Positions 50,119 through 64,000 of a DNA stretch of 64,000 nt are shown piece after piece (positions within the stretch are counted from its first letter, which is position 1; the number at the start of each line of letters is the position of its first letter). The stretch covers positions 32,001-96,000 of the forward strand of contig CANMWZ010000009.1 in assembly GCA_947501605.1 (NCBI GenBank). The letters run 5' to 3'. Below the pieces are notes generated by a model. It did not search any database, was not told the origin of the DNA, and worked only from the letters and a program-made list of their open reading frames with translations. The stretch is from Planctomycetota bacterium. Its GTDB lineage: Bacteria > Planctomycetota > UBA1135 > UBA2386. The position numbers and the translations under genes are program-made.

Positions 50119-51869
50119 CTACTTGTCCGCAGGCTTCTTGTCGCCCGTGGCGGGGACCTTCGCCGGCCCCGACTTCTGCTTGCGCTTCTGCTCGTCGAGC
50201 GCCGCCTGCTCGAGCACTTCTTTGCTCACCTCGATGCCGGCCTTCGCCAGCGCGGCGTCGACGAGAACTTGGCCGGCCACGTAGCCGCCGATCGCCTTGC
50301 AGACCTTGCCCTCGCGGTCGAGCACGAGGGTCACCGGGATCATCATCACGCCGTAGAGGGCCATCGACGCGCGGTCGTCGCCTTTGCCCAGCGGGTCGTA
50401 GGCGAAGTGGATGTCGGCGTACTCGTCCTGGTGCTCGTCGACCCAGGCATCGAACTTCGCCCGCTCGTCGTTGGTGCACGAGGCGAGCACCACGACACCC
50501 TGGTCCTTGTAGTGCTTCGCCAGTTCTTGCAGGTGCGGCATCGCCGCCTTGCACGGGCCGCACCACGTCGCCCAGAAGTCGAGCACCACGACCTTGCCGC
50601 GGAACTGCAGAAGCGATACCGCCGCGCCGTCGCGATCGGTCATCGCGAAGTCCGGCGCCGTGGTGCCCACCGCCGGCAGCAGGACTCGCTTCGGCTTCGG
50701 CTTCGGCTTCAGCGAGGCGTCCGTTGTTGCTGCCACGGACGGCGTCGATTCGGTTGCGAGCCACATGCCAAACCACAGGAACTGCGGCAGCCAGTGCGTG
50801 GCGATCGCGAAGTCCGAGGCCCACAGGTCTTCGCGCTGCAGGATCGCCGCCGTCCGCGCGTCGAAGGTCTTGCGCGCGGCTGCATCCGTGGCCGCCGCCG
50901 CCGCAAAGGGCCACGTCTCGCTGATCGTGGCGCCGATCGGATGCACGGCCTTGATCGTCGGCAGCACTTCGGGAAGTGCCGTCCACGACGGTTCTGCCGG
51001 CGTCGCTCCTGCGGTCCCTTCGCGCTGCTGAATGACGCGATAGAGGGCGCCGATGTCGAGGAAGTCTCGCGCCTTGCGAGTCGGACCTGCGGCCAGCGCC
51101 GGACGCATCGGATCGAGCTTCGTGATCCTCAGAGCCTCGCGTCGCGCCTTCGCAGCGTCGCTGCTCGGAGTCACGAGCTGCGCCGCGAGGTAGCCAAACA
51201 GCCAGGACCGGTAGTGGCCGACGAACTCGCCAGACGGTGTCGCTGTGCTCTGTTGCAGTTCAGGGAAGGCGACGAGCTCGAGCTGCGTCAGCAGCCGCAT
51301 TTCTGCCTCCTTGCGAAGGTCTGCGATCGCCGCCGCATCGATGCCCTCGTGGCGCGTCATCTCGTCCAGCAGGAGCAGCAGCCATGCATCCGCATAGGGT
51401 CGAATGAAGGCCATTGGGTCTGCCGCGACGCGGGCGTCGCCAGTCGCCGCGGTCGGTTCCGGCGAAGGCGCCAGCAGCGCCAGTTCCTGCTGTAGCACCA
51501 CAGTCGGAAGTCGAGCGAGCGTCCACTTCGCCGTGTCCGCGTCACGCAGCGTGCGCGACATCGACAGCAAGGCCCAGTGAGCGGCGATGCACGAATGCCA
51601 GTCGTAGCTGCCGTCGAACACGGTCGCTTGGCCTCTGCGCGTCCAGAGGTTGGCGCTCGGCTGCTTTTGCTCGATGCCCGCGCGCAACAGATCGCGCATC
51701 TTGCCCAGCGCGGCGCGCGTGACTTCGGCATTGCTGGTGTGGGCTACGGCCGCATCCGTTGCCGCTGCCGAGGGATCAGGCGTGTGCTGGGCCAGGCCCG
51801 AAGGTGCGGACACGCTGAGGGCCGCGACGAGCACAGCAGCGGAGTAGAGGGATCGCATGCGATAGAGGT

Positions 51870-51873
<4 letters not shown>
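50119..51873 (-). CDS. Secreted DUF2891-like domain fused to a TlpA domain
   Basis: FDGSYDWHSCIAAHWAL and THWLPQF; DFWATWCGPC. Start GTG 51873 (overlaps the upstream stop) or ATG 51858. Confidence 0.8.
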
Positions 51874-55780
<3,907 letters not shown>

Positions 55781-55784
<4 letters not shown>

Positions 55785-56404
55785 GGGCCCTTGGCCTCGT
55801 GCCACGAGCCCTGGCCCAGCGCTGACTGCACTCTGGCTCGCAGCATCGACGCACCAGCCAGCAGCCGCCGGTAGGCCGTCGAGTCGGCGAGGGAGAGCAG
55901 CTTTGCCGCCATGGGCACCGACATCTCTTCGAACAGGCACATCCTCACCAGATCGCGATACTCATCCGACAGCGAATCGATCGCCTCGCGCAGCACGCGT
56001 GCGCGTTCGTGGCGGCCGGCCTCGCGGCTCGGAGTCGTCGTGACCGGAGGGAGGATTCCGTCCTCGGATCTTCTCGAATCTCCGGAAATCGAATCGATCT
56101 TGTGGCCGCCGCCCCGCTTCTGCGCGGAGAGGCGTTCGACCGTGTCCTTGATGCGGTTCTGGGCGATGCCGCGGAGCCAGGCTCGGAACGCCGGCATGCC
56201 GCGCCAGTCGTGGGCCGCACGATCGCGCCAAGCCATCGCCAGGGTGTCCTGCCACAGGTCCTCGGGCGCGATCTGCGAACTCAGCGGGCGGCCCATCCAG
56301 CTGCCGATCAACGCGATCATCGCATCTTGGTCCAAGGCGGCGATCAGTTCGGTCCAGAGCGCGGCGTTCCGGTGCGGTTGGTCGTTCGGCGGGAGCGCGG
56401 TCAT
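55781..56404 (-). CDS. ECF sigma factor of the kinase-associated type
   Basis: PEDLWQDT, FRAWLRGIAQNRIKD, AQKRGGG, TTPSR, region 4 HTH. Confidence 0.88.
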
Positions 56405-56742
56405 GGGCGGACGGGCAGTCTAACAGCCCGCGGGAGAACGCAGCCTGCGGGCGGGCCAGGCACGGTGGCTAAGCTCGAGCTCGTGCCAACTCGCTCGAGG
56501 CGCAGAAATCAGCTTGGTTCGGCCTCCTGGGTCGCGCCCCGGCCTTGCTGTGCGCAGTGACGGCGCCGGTCCGCAATCGGCGGTTGGCGAGGGGGGGCAG
56601 GCGCGGCGCGCCGTGCGAAGCGGTGGCCTTTGCGATTTTCATGGGGAGCGAACCGAGTGCCTCCCTCCATTCGTCTTGTCTGTTTCCCGTCCTCCTACTT
56701 CTGCGGCCGCGATGCGGTCGCATGGATCCGCTTCAAGAAGCC

Positions 56743-58833
56743 ATGCTCATGCACCGCATCTCCGCTTCTCTCGCCGTGAGCCTCGCGCTCCTCGGTTCGT
56801 CCACTGGCCTCCTCTGCCAGACGCAAGTGATCCCCGCGGCCTACACTGCGGCCGAAGCTGCCAGTAGCGCCTCGGCGCCCTGGAACACGCTGGCCGTACC
56901 GACGCGAGTCCAATACTGCTACGACTCGAGCTACTTTACGGCCGCGGGCATCACTGGGCCGGTGGTGCTCACCGGCATGCGGTTCCGCGCCAACGCCGCC
57001 GCCGTGACCTCGACGTGGACGGGCGGAGTGTTCTCGAACGCGCAGATCGACCTGTCGACCTGCGGCACCAACTTCGCGGCCATCACGCCAACGTTCGATC
57101 TGAACCACGGCAGTGATCGCACGAATGTCTTGGCGGGCACCGTCACGGTGCAGCCGGGCGCTGGCGCTGGCGCTGGCCTGCCGGGCGCGTGGTACATCAC
57201 GATCCTGTTCGATGCGCCGTTCGTCTACGACCCGACGTTGGGCGATCTGCTGACCGAGTACCGCGTCAGCGGTTGGTCGGGCACCTCCAGTTTCTCGTGC
57301 GATCACGACTTCGCTGCGGCAACGGTTCAGGGCTCGCGTCTGCTGAGCAACGTCAGCACCACCAATGCCACGGGCACGGTCGCGCAAGGCCACGCACCCG
57401 TGGTCGAGTTCACGTATGCCGCAGTCGCGGGGTTGTTCCCGAGCTTCACGGCGACGCCGATCCGTGGGGCCTCGCCCCTTCTGGTGCAGTTCACCGACCG
57501 CTCGGTCACGTCGTCAGTGTTTGGCGTGTTGTCGTGGCAGTGGGACTTCGACAACAACGGCACAGTCGACTCGACGGCACAGAACCCGACCTTCAGCTAC
57601 GGCTGTGGCACGCACTCGGTTCGGCTGACGGTCAGTGACGGCATCAACCCCGCCGGCAGTCTGTTGCGCGCGGGGCTCGTGGTCACTGACGAGATCGTGC
57701 CGGGCTTCACGTTTGTCGTGACCGCACCGGGCATCGTCCAGTTCACCGACACGACGACACCGCCAGCGACGTCCTGGGCCTGGGATTTCGACAGCAACGC
57801 GAGCGTCGACTCGACGGTGCAAAACCCGGCCTTCAACTACGGCAGCTCGGGCCTGATCCCGTTGGCGACGTTGACGGCAAGTCGACTGTGCGGTCCGTCG
57901 ACCGCCGTGAGCAAGCCGGTCTATACGAGCTTGTCGCTGGACATCCCGGGCATCGCCAATGTCGGGTCGCTGGCGTCGCCACCGTTCGGTGCGGGCTATT
58001 GGTTCAACATGACCGTGACCGAGCCGTCCGGGATCACGTTGAAGGGGTTGGTGGTTTCTGCCGGCGGCAACACGACCGGAACTCTGAACCTCTACGCCTC
58101 GAACCTGGGTTGGAGCGGCCGCACCGGCAGCTCGGCGGGTTGGCACCTGAACCAGACGGGCGCGGCGACCAAGGTCGGCAGCTTCTTCTATTCGATGTTC
58201 ACGCAACCCAAGCACTACGGACCGGGCACCTATGGGATGTACATCCACCTCCTGGGCGGCATCCCGACATCGGGCACGATTGTCGCCGGCTACGGCAACG
58301 CGGACTTCACGGTCAATCCAGGCGCGGTGCAGGTGGGCGGAACGCCGTTCGCGGGCGGCGCGCTGGCGACGCGCATGCACACGGGCGCCTTCCTCTACAC
58401 CAAGGGTAGCTTCGACGGTGTCGCCAGCAACGGCTGGACCGGCAGCGGCTGCCCGGGCTCGCTGGGAGTGAGCGCCGCGACGCCAGTGGGCAACCCGATC
58501 GTTGGGCAGAGTTACTCGATCGACTTCAGCAACTGCCCGGCCAACGTGGGTTTGGTCGCGTGGGGTCTGAGTCGCACGACCTCGGGTCTCGGCGCCTTGC
58601 CGGTCGACCTGACGGGCTTGGGTTACACCGGCTGCAATCTGCGCGTGAGCACCGACATCGACATCCAGGTCGCATTCACGGGCTCGACGACTCTGACGTG
58701 GGGCGTGGCGATCCCGAACGATCCGTTCTTCATCGGCATCGCGTTCTACAACCAGGTGCTGATGTTCGAGCCGGGCTTCAATGCCGGCGGCGGCGTCTTG
58801 TCGGACGCGACGAGTTCGCTGATGGGCAACTGA
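56743..58833 (+). CDS. Secreted protein with 2 PKD domains plus the shared C-terminal module
   Basis: VQFTD...SW.WDFD.N..VDST.QNP.F.Y twice; signal peptide. Confidence 0.85.
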   Translation: MLMHRISASLAVSLALLGSSTGLLCQTQVIPAAYTAAEAASSASAPWNTLAVPTRVQYCYDSSYFTAAGITGPVVLTGMRFRANAAAVTSTWTGGVFSNAQIDLSTCGTNFAAITPTFDLNHGSDRTNVLAGTVTVQPGAGAGAGLPGAWYITILFDAPFVYDPTLGDLLTEYRVSGWSGTSSFSCDHDFAAATVQGSRLLSNVSTTNATGTVAQGHAPVVEFTYAAVAGLFPSFTATPIRGASPLLVQFTDRSVTSSVFGVLSWQWDFDNNGTVDSTAQNPTFSYGCGTHSVRLTVSDGINPAGSLLRAGLVVTDEIVPGFTFVVTAPGIVQFTDTTTPPATSWAWDFDSNASVDSTVQNPAFNYGSSGLIPLATLTASRLCGPSTAVSKPVYTSLSLDIPGIANVGSLASPPFGAGYWFNMTVTEPSGITLKGLVVSAGGNTTGTLNLYASNLGWSGRTGSSAGWHLNQTGAATKVGSFFYSMFTQPKHYGPGTYGMYIHLLGGIPTSGTIVAGYGNADFTVNPGAVQVGGTPFAGGALATRMHTGAFLYTKGSFDGVASNGWTGSGCPGSLGVSAATPVGNPIVGQSYSIDFSNCPANVGLVAWGLSRTTSGLGALPVDLTGLGYTGCNLRVSTDIDIQVAFTGSTTLTWGVAIPNDPFFIGIAFYNQVLMFEPGFNAGGGVLSDATSSLMGN

Positions 58834-58868
58834 GGTTGATCGATCCCGAGGTCGAGATCGCGCTCTTG

Positions 58869-58889
58869 CGGGTGCGCACGGCGCACCCG
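58869..58889 (+). terminator. 9-bp hairpin downstream of the PKD gene
   Basis: cgggtgcgc-acg-gcgcacccg; no U-tract. Confidence 0.4.
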
Positions 58890-59254
58890 AACTAGGGCTC
58901 GAAGAAGAACCGGCGCCGGGATCGGAGTCCGAAGGTCACACCATCTTGGTGTCCCTTCCGCCGCGCGCGGTCGGAAGGGACCCCGACCTCCGATTCGCGC
59001 GCCCCGCCGTGGCTCCACCGCTCGCTCAGCAGGCGCGCACCATGCGGACGTCGAGCTTGCGACAGTGGTGCAGTCGTCGCGCGATCGCCGGCAGGCACTT
59101 CATCCCGATCGCGATGTGCTTCGAAGTATCCTCGAAGATCTCGCGCCGCTCGTCCCGCGCGAGCCCGAAGAGAAAATCGCACCGAGCGCTGCGTCCGTGG
59201 TCGCGGCTTCCTGCTCATGCGGTCGGAGCGGGCATCCCCCCCCGACCTACACGC

Positions 59255-60304
59255 ATGAACCTCCTCGCACCGTCCGTCCTGCCTCTCTTGCTCGCGGCCT
59301 CGTCGCTGTCGGCACAGGGTTCCTTCCTGACCTCCCCGTCGTCGCTGGCGTCGTCCGACGGCAACCAGTCGCTCGCCTTCAGCGAAGGCACCGGCACTCG
59401 CTGGCAGCAGATCCACGGGGACCTGATCGGTCCGGCGCGGCTGCTGCTCGGCCTGCGCTTGCGCCGCGACGAGGTGGTGCCGGCCCTGCCGACGGCGACC
59501 TCGCGCCAGATCACGGTCGAAGTGCTGGCCGGCGAAGGCGACTTGGCACTGGTGGGCGGTGACTTCGCGCAGAACTTCCTGATCCCCGCGCAGCAGGTGG
59601 TGCCGCCGACGTCGATCACGCTGCCCGATTGGTCGCTGCCCGCCGGCGGGCCGCTGCCGTTCGACCTGGACGTTCCGTTCGCGGTGCCGTTCGCCTACTC
59701 GGGTGCACTGGCGCTCGTCGTCGAGGTCCGCATCGTCAACGACTCGCTCGTGTCGCACTTCGTCGACTCGTACGCAGAGGCAGGGAACTCGGTCGCGCCG
59801 GTCGACCTCGGCACGGGCTGCAACACCGGGTTCTTGCCGTTCCGCCAGGACGCGTCGCTGACGACGGTCTGGGTGCCGACGCAGCGCGGGGAACTGGTGT
59901 GGGACCTGCGCGCGCTGTTCGCGCCCGTGGGGCTGCCCGGCTTCTTCCTCGTCGGCACGCAGAACCCGGTCACGGTGCCGGGTCTGTGCGAGACCGTGTT
60001 CCCGACGCTGGACCTCGTGCTGCCGGCGACGCAGTTCGCCAGTGGCCCGATCGGGATCAACACGGTTCCGCAGGCCACGACGCCCTTCAGCCCGGGTCTC
60101 GTCGGCATGCAGGTGACGGTGCAGTCGGCTGCGATCGACCCGTCGCAGCCCGTGTTGCCGTTCGTGCTGTCGCAGGCACAGGTGCTGACCGTGGCGCCGC
60201 TGCCCCCGCAGCCGCTGCCGATCGTGTCGCTGCGCGGCAGCCTCGCCAACGCGCTCGCGGACGAGGTGGTCTACGGGGGCAGGGTGCTGCAGTTCGAGTT
60301 CTGA
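59255..60304 (+). CDS. Secreted hypothetical protein with the shared module plus a short tail
   Basis: Signal peptide ending LSA-Q; LGTGC...PGLC...VQSAAIDP...LSQA. Confidence 0.75.
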   Translation: MNLLAPSVLPLLLAASSLSAQGSFLTSPSSLASSDGNQSLAFSEGTGTRWQQIHGDLIGPARLLLGLRLRRDEVVPALPTATSRQITVEVLAGEGDLALVGGDFAQNFLIPAQQVVPPTSITLPDWSLPAGGPLPFDLDVPFAVPFAYSGALALVVEVRIVNDSLVSHFVDSYAEAGNSVAPVDLGTGCNTGFLPFRQDASLTTVWVPTQRGELVWDLRALFAPVGLPGFFLVGTQNPVTVPGLCETVFPTLDLVLPATQFASGPIGINTVPQATTPFSPGLVGMQVTVQSAAIDPSQPVLPFVLSQAQVLTVAPLPPQPLPIVSLRGSLANALADEVVYGGRVLQFEF

Positions 60305-60546
60305 GGGTGGTTGCGCGAGGAGGCTGTGGCTAGTCCATCGCCTCGCATCGCGCGGCACTTCGTTCCGACGAGGGCGCGGTCGGACCCGAGTAGCGACGTT
60401 CCCGGGCGGCGAGGTGATCCCTGTCCGTGAGGGGCGTCGTCACGCGGTCACGCGCGTGGAGGTTGGCGATCGAAGCTAGAACGAGCGGAAGCCCGAAGGT
60501 CAGGGCATCTTGTCGCCGAGGAAGCCAACCAACTACCCGTCCACGA

Positions 60547-61296
60547 TCACTCCCCGACGGTCTCGGGCTTCGCCATCGGGGTAAGGGCGGCGCGCAACGC
60601 GCCGCCCACCGTGGCCTCCAACGTCCCCGCCCACGGGACCGAAGCCGCCGTGTTCCCGCCGAACAGCTGGTTCGCATTCCGGTCGACGACCACGATGCGG
60701 ATGCTGCACCCGACCGGCTGCCCGAGTTCGTTGCCCGCGATCTGGAACTCGACGCGGATGCTCGCATACGCCTCGCTGAGGCGTTCCGTGCGCAGCGTCT
60801 CCACGATCGAAGTCTTGCTCCCCGGGCCCCAGACGGGCAGCGTGTCGAACGTCGCGGCCGAGCACGGCTCCGGCACGTAGGCGAACTCGTCAGCGCGGGC
60901 CGAGCCGAACTTGCTGCTGCGCGCGCCGTCGGTCTCGATCGAGAAGCCGAGGCCATTGAGACACGCGACGACCGCTGCGTGCATCTCGGCGCCGTTGCTG
61001 GCGACCGCCGCGCGCCCGAGGTCCAAGGTCTTCTTCTCGCGCGCCATCTGAGCGGCCGCGTCGATCACAAGGTCCGGGTTGTCTTTGATCGAATCCAAGA
61101 TCCCGCCGAAGTCGACCTCGGCGCCTTCCGGTACGACGATCTCCTGTTGCTGGACGATCAGGTCGAAGTCGTAGCGGGCTGCGGCGCAGAGCGTTGGCAG
61201 CGGGGCTGCACCCGGGGCGACGGGGGTTCGCCAGACCGCTGGGTTCTGGCATGCAGCGAAGAGGGTGACGACGGCGAGAGTGAGGAATGGCTTCAT
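60547..61296 (-). CDS. Hypothetical lipoprotein
   Basis: MKPFLTLAVVTLFAAC lipobox; the upstream part of the long ORF is antisense shadow of the M28 gene. Confidence 0.7.
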   Translation of the reverse strand: MKPFLTLAVVTLFAACQNPAVWRTPVAPGAAPLPTLCAAARYDFDLIVQQQEIVVPEGAEVDFGGILDSIKDNPDLVIDAAAQMAREKKTLDLGRAAVASNGAEMHAAVVACLNGLGFSIETDGARSSKFGSARADEFAYVPEPCSAATFDTLPVWGPGSKTSIVETLRTERLSEAYASIRVEFQIAGNELGQPVGCSIRIVVVDRNANQLFGGNTAASVPWAGTLEATVGGALRAALTPMAKPETVGE

Positions 61297-61491
61297 GGCG
61301 AGATCGAGGAACGGGGCGCACTCTTGTGCGGGACTCGCCAGCCAAACGACGTCGAGGGACGAACTCCCCAGCCCACGGATCGAAATCGGCGGCAGTGGGA
61401 TCCGGTGACGGGCTCTCTGCGGTTCCGTCCTGCAGGCTCGCAGGGCAAGTCTGCTGCGGCCCAGACCAAGTCCCGGTAAGGTCGAAGGCCT

Positions 61492-63114
61492 ATGCGCACC
61501 TTCGCCGTGTCCTTCGCGTTCCTTCTCGTCGCGCCGTTGTGGGCGCAGGTCGCCCCCGAGCAGTTCGAACGCATCCGCCAAGAGGGCCTCGAGCGCTCCA
61601 AGGTGATGGCGCACCTCGATCACCTCGTCAATCGCATCGGGCCGCGGCTCACTTCCTCCGACAACCTCACGGTTGCGTGCGAATGGGCGCGCGACGAGTT
61701 TGCCGCGATGGGGCTCGCCGATGCTCGGCTCGAGCAGTGGGGCACCATGGACGTCGGCTTCAATCGCGGGCCGTGGTGGGGGCGCATGGTCGAACCAGAA
61801 CAACTCGAACTGGTCTGTGCCACCGACGCCTGGAGCGCTGGCACGCGCGGCCCTGCTCGTGGTCCCGTGGTGCGGGCGCCGAAGGATGCAGTCGAACTCG
61901 CAGCGATGGCGCCGACGCTCAAGGGCGCCTGGGTCCTGGACGTGTCGCGCGACATGCTGACCAAGGTCGCCGATGCGATCGTCGAGCACGGTGGCCACGG
62001 CATGCTCGCGAGCTCCGGCGGCGATCTCGTGCTGACCGGCGGCAGTGAGCGCGTCCACTTCGACGACTTGCCCAAGGTGCCGATCGTTCGCATCGACAAG
62101 GACGGGCATGACGCGATCGCCGACCTCGTAGCTACCGACAAACCCTGCGTCGTCGAGTTCGACATCCGCAATCACTTCAAGAAGGGTCCGATCCCCGTGT
62201 TCAACGTCATTGCCGACATCGTCGGCAGCGAGAAGCCCGACGAGTTCGTCGTCGTCGGCGGGCACATCGACAGTTGGGACGGGGCCTCCGGCACGACCGA
62301 CAACGGCACCGGCACGGCGACCACGATGGAAGCCGCGCGCATCCTGATCGCCATCGGTGCCAAGCCCAAGCGCACCATCCGCTTCATGCTGTGGAGCGGC
62401 GAGGAGCAGGGGTTGCTCGGTTCGCGCGCGTGGGTGCAGGCCCACAAGGCCGAACTCGCGAAGTACTCCGCGTGTCTCGTCCACGACGGCGGCACCAACT
62501 ACGTCTCGGGGATGGCCGGCATGAAGGAGATGCAGCCGCAGCTCGACAGCGCCTTCGAGCACGTGCTGAACTTGAATGCGGAGCTGCCGTTCAAGATCCG
62601 TGAGATCGAAGCGTTCACGCCGATCGGCAGCGACCACGAGTCGTTCACGGCGGCGGGCGTTCCCGGCTTCTTCTGGGACCAGCGCGGACGGGCCAACTAC
62701 ACCTTCACGCACCACACCCAGCACGACAACTACAGCGCTGCGATCCCCGAGTACCAGATGCACACCGCGGTCGTCGTGGCAACCGGCGCGCTCGGCCTCG
62801 CCAACCTGCCCGCACTGCTGACGCGCGAGAACATGAAGGTGCAGCGCGGCTTCGGCGGCGGTGGTCAGCGCAATCGACGCATGCTCGGCGTCACGTTGCG
62901 CGACGACGGCATCACGATCGAGGAGTTCGGCGACGAGTCGCTGGCGCAAAAGGCGGGACTTTTGGCCGGTGACACGCTCGTTCGGATCGGCGACCAGGCG
63001 GTCGCAAGCCAGGACGACTTGCGCAAGGCGCTTGCGGCTGGTGGCCCGGAGAAGACCGTGACCGTGAAGCGCGGCGACAAGGAGATCACCGTGCCCATCA
63101 AGTTCGCGCGCTGA
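61492..63114 (+). CDS. M28 family metallopeptidase with a C-terminal PDZ domain
   Basis: GPRLTSS, GGHIDSWD, DNGTG, GEEQGLLGS, SDH; PDZ SLAQKAGLLAGD. Confidence 0.9.
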   Translation: MRTFAVSFAFLLVAPLWAQVAPEQFERIRQEGLERSKVMAHLDHLVNRIGPRLTSSDNLTVACEWARDEFAAMGLADARLEQWGTMDVGFNRGPWWGRMVEPEQLELVCATDAWSAGTRGPARGPVVRAPKDAVELAAMAPTLKGAWVLDVSRDMLTKVADAIVEHGGHGMLASSGGDLVLTGGSERVHFDDLPKVPIVRIDKDGHDAIADLVATDKPCVVEFDIRNHFKKGPIPVFNVIADIVGSEKPDEFVVVGGHIDSWDGASGTTDNGTGTATTMEAARILIAIGAKPKRTIRFMLWSGEEQGLLGSRAWVQAHKAELAKYSACLVHDGGTNYVSGMAGMKEMQPQLDSAFEHVLNLNAELPFKIREIEAFTPIGSDHESFTAAGVPGFFWDQRGRANYTFTHHTQHDNYSAAIPEYQMHTAVVVATGALGLANLPALLTRENMKVQRGFGGGGQRNRRMLGVTLRDDGITIEEFGDESLAQKAGLLAGDTLVRIGDQAVASQDDLRKALAAGGPEKTVTVKRGDKEITVPIKFAR

Positions 63115-63123
63115 GTTCGGGTT

Positions 63124-63309
63124 TCAGTGCGTGCCGTCGCGTTGGCGCGGCGGCAACGCGCAACTGCCCTTGGTCGGCACCAACCGCGCGACGAACATGC
63201 CGGCAAACAGCCCGATCAGCGGCGCGGGTTCGTAGTCGAAGGCCCAGCGGGCCCCGAAGCCGAGTACGAGGCACAGGATCGCGACCGCGATCCGCCGTGG
63301 GGAGTTCAA
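63124..63309 (-). CDS. Small two-TM membrane protein
   Basis: 61 aa with two hydrophobic segments; follows the 63346 gene. Confidence 0.5.
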   Translation of the reverse strand: MNSPRRIAVAILCLVLGFGARWAFDYEPAPLIGLFAGMFVARLVPTKGSCALPPRQRDGTH

Positions 63310-63345
63310 AGCTCAGAGCATGTGGGCTCTATCGGCTGACCTCGT

Positions 63346-63861
63346 TCACTTCGCCAGGGCTTCTGTCACGGCGTCTTCGAGTTTGGCGAGGCCGCAGGCC
63401 TTGCCGATGGCCAGCGCCTCTTCCTTGGTCTTGCCGTCGACGAACTTCGCTTTCAAGGCCATCATTGCGCCGACGCGATTGCTCGAGCCGCAGGCCACCA
63501 ACGTGGTCGAGCCGCCGCCGATGGCAGCAGCAAACTCGCGCGCCTTTGCTGCCGTAAGATCGGCCGGCCCTTCGATCACGAGTCGAAGGAACTCGAGGCC
63601 CGAGTGTGGGGCGAGTCCCTCTTCCCAACCGGTGCCGGACTCGGTCTTGGCCCGCAGGCAGACGACGCGGTCGATGCCGTGCTGTTTGAGCTTGGCGAAT
63701 TGCTCCGGCGTCGGTTGGCCCGAGCAGTAGAGATCTGGCCCTTCTGCGTCGCTCGCATTGGCGACGTGCAGCGACTGGAGCGAGGCGAGGGACGCGGGTG
63801 GCGCAGAGGCACAGGCGCCAAGCAGTGCGAGCAGGGCGGTGGGGGCGAGGGCTCGGAACAT
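63346..63861 (-). CDS. Lipoprotein, DUF442 / tyrosine-phosphatase-like sulfur transferase
   Basis: Lipobox LGAC; SGQPT, VVCLR, active loop ACGSSNR (CX4R). Confidence 0.8.
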   Translation of the reverse strand: MFRALAPTALLALLGACASAPPASLASLQSLHVANASDAEGPDLYCSGQPTPEQFAKLKQHGIDRVVCLRAKTESGTGWEEGLAPHSGLEFLRLVIEGPADLTAAKAREFAAAIGGGSTTLVACGSSNRVGAMMALKAKFVDGKTKEEALAIGKACGLAKLEDAVTEALAK

Positions 63862-64000
63862 GCCAAGAACCTACGGCCGGCGGAGCCGCGGCGAAAGCTC
63901 GCGATCGGCGGCAGGGCCTCGTGAGAGTGCGGCGGCGGCGGTCTTGGGCGGTCGACGCAACGTTGCGAAGTGTCCTCCTCGGTCCACGGGCGCCGAGTCG

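Noticed and set aside
56650..56675. GAACC...CGTC as the ECF target promoter
   Set aside because: AAC-to-CGT spacing is 18 nt, longer than the usual 16-17, and such short motifs occur by chance.

Overview
High-GC (roughly 67-68% by eye), gene-dense chromosomal window. The lineage is probably an uncultured Planctomycetota-like bacterium; this is inferred from the ECF sigma factor coupled to a Ser/Thr kinase, the kinase-sigma54 activator fusion and the many large secreted proteins. About 40 CDSs are supported. I saw no rRNA, tRNA, CRISPR array, integrase or transposase. Housekeeping genes (alr, tex, aroC, lpdA, an Na+/solute symporter, YceI, DsbD) are interleaved with many secreted proteins. Main observations: (1) At least 7 unrelated secreted proteins, plus one variant, end in the same ~110-135 aa module (GxGC...[P/T]GC...[IV]P...G...Q...D...[S/T]NA), a candidate lineage-specific C-terminal sorting or anchoring domain. 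(2) A translationally coupled operon, GT4-GT4-ABC exporter-APH kinase-APH kinase-lipoprotein/beta-barrel, sits behind a near-consensus sigma54 promoter and next to a Ser/Thr kinase-TPR-GAF-AAA+ activator. (3) A ~2.3 kb islet carrying an FG-GAP gene is flanked by the intact tex 3' end and a decayed, synonymously diverged copy of it. (4) A DsbD / triple-TlpA / DUF2891-TlpA redox cluster is joined to an ECF sigma-kinase operon. All family assignments come from motif recognition by eye; no database search was run.
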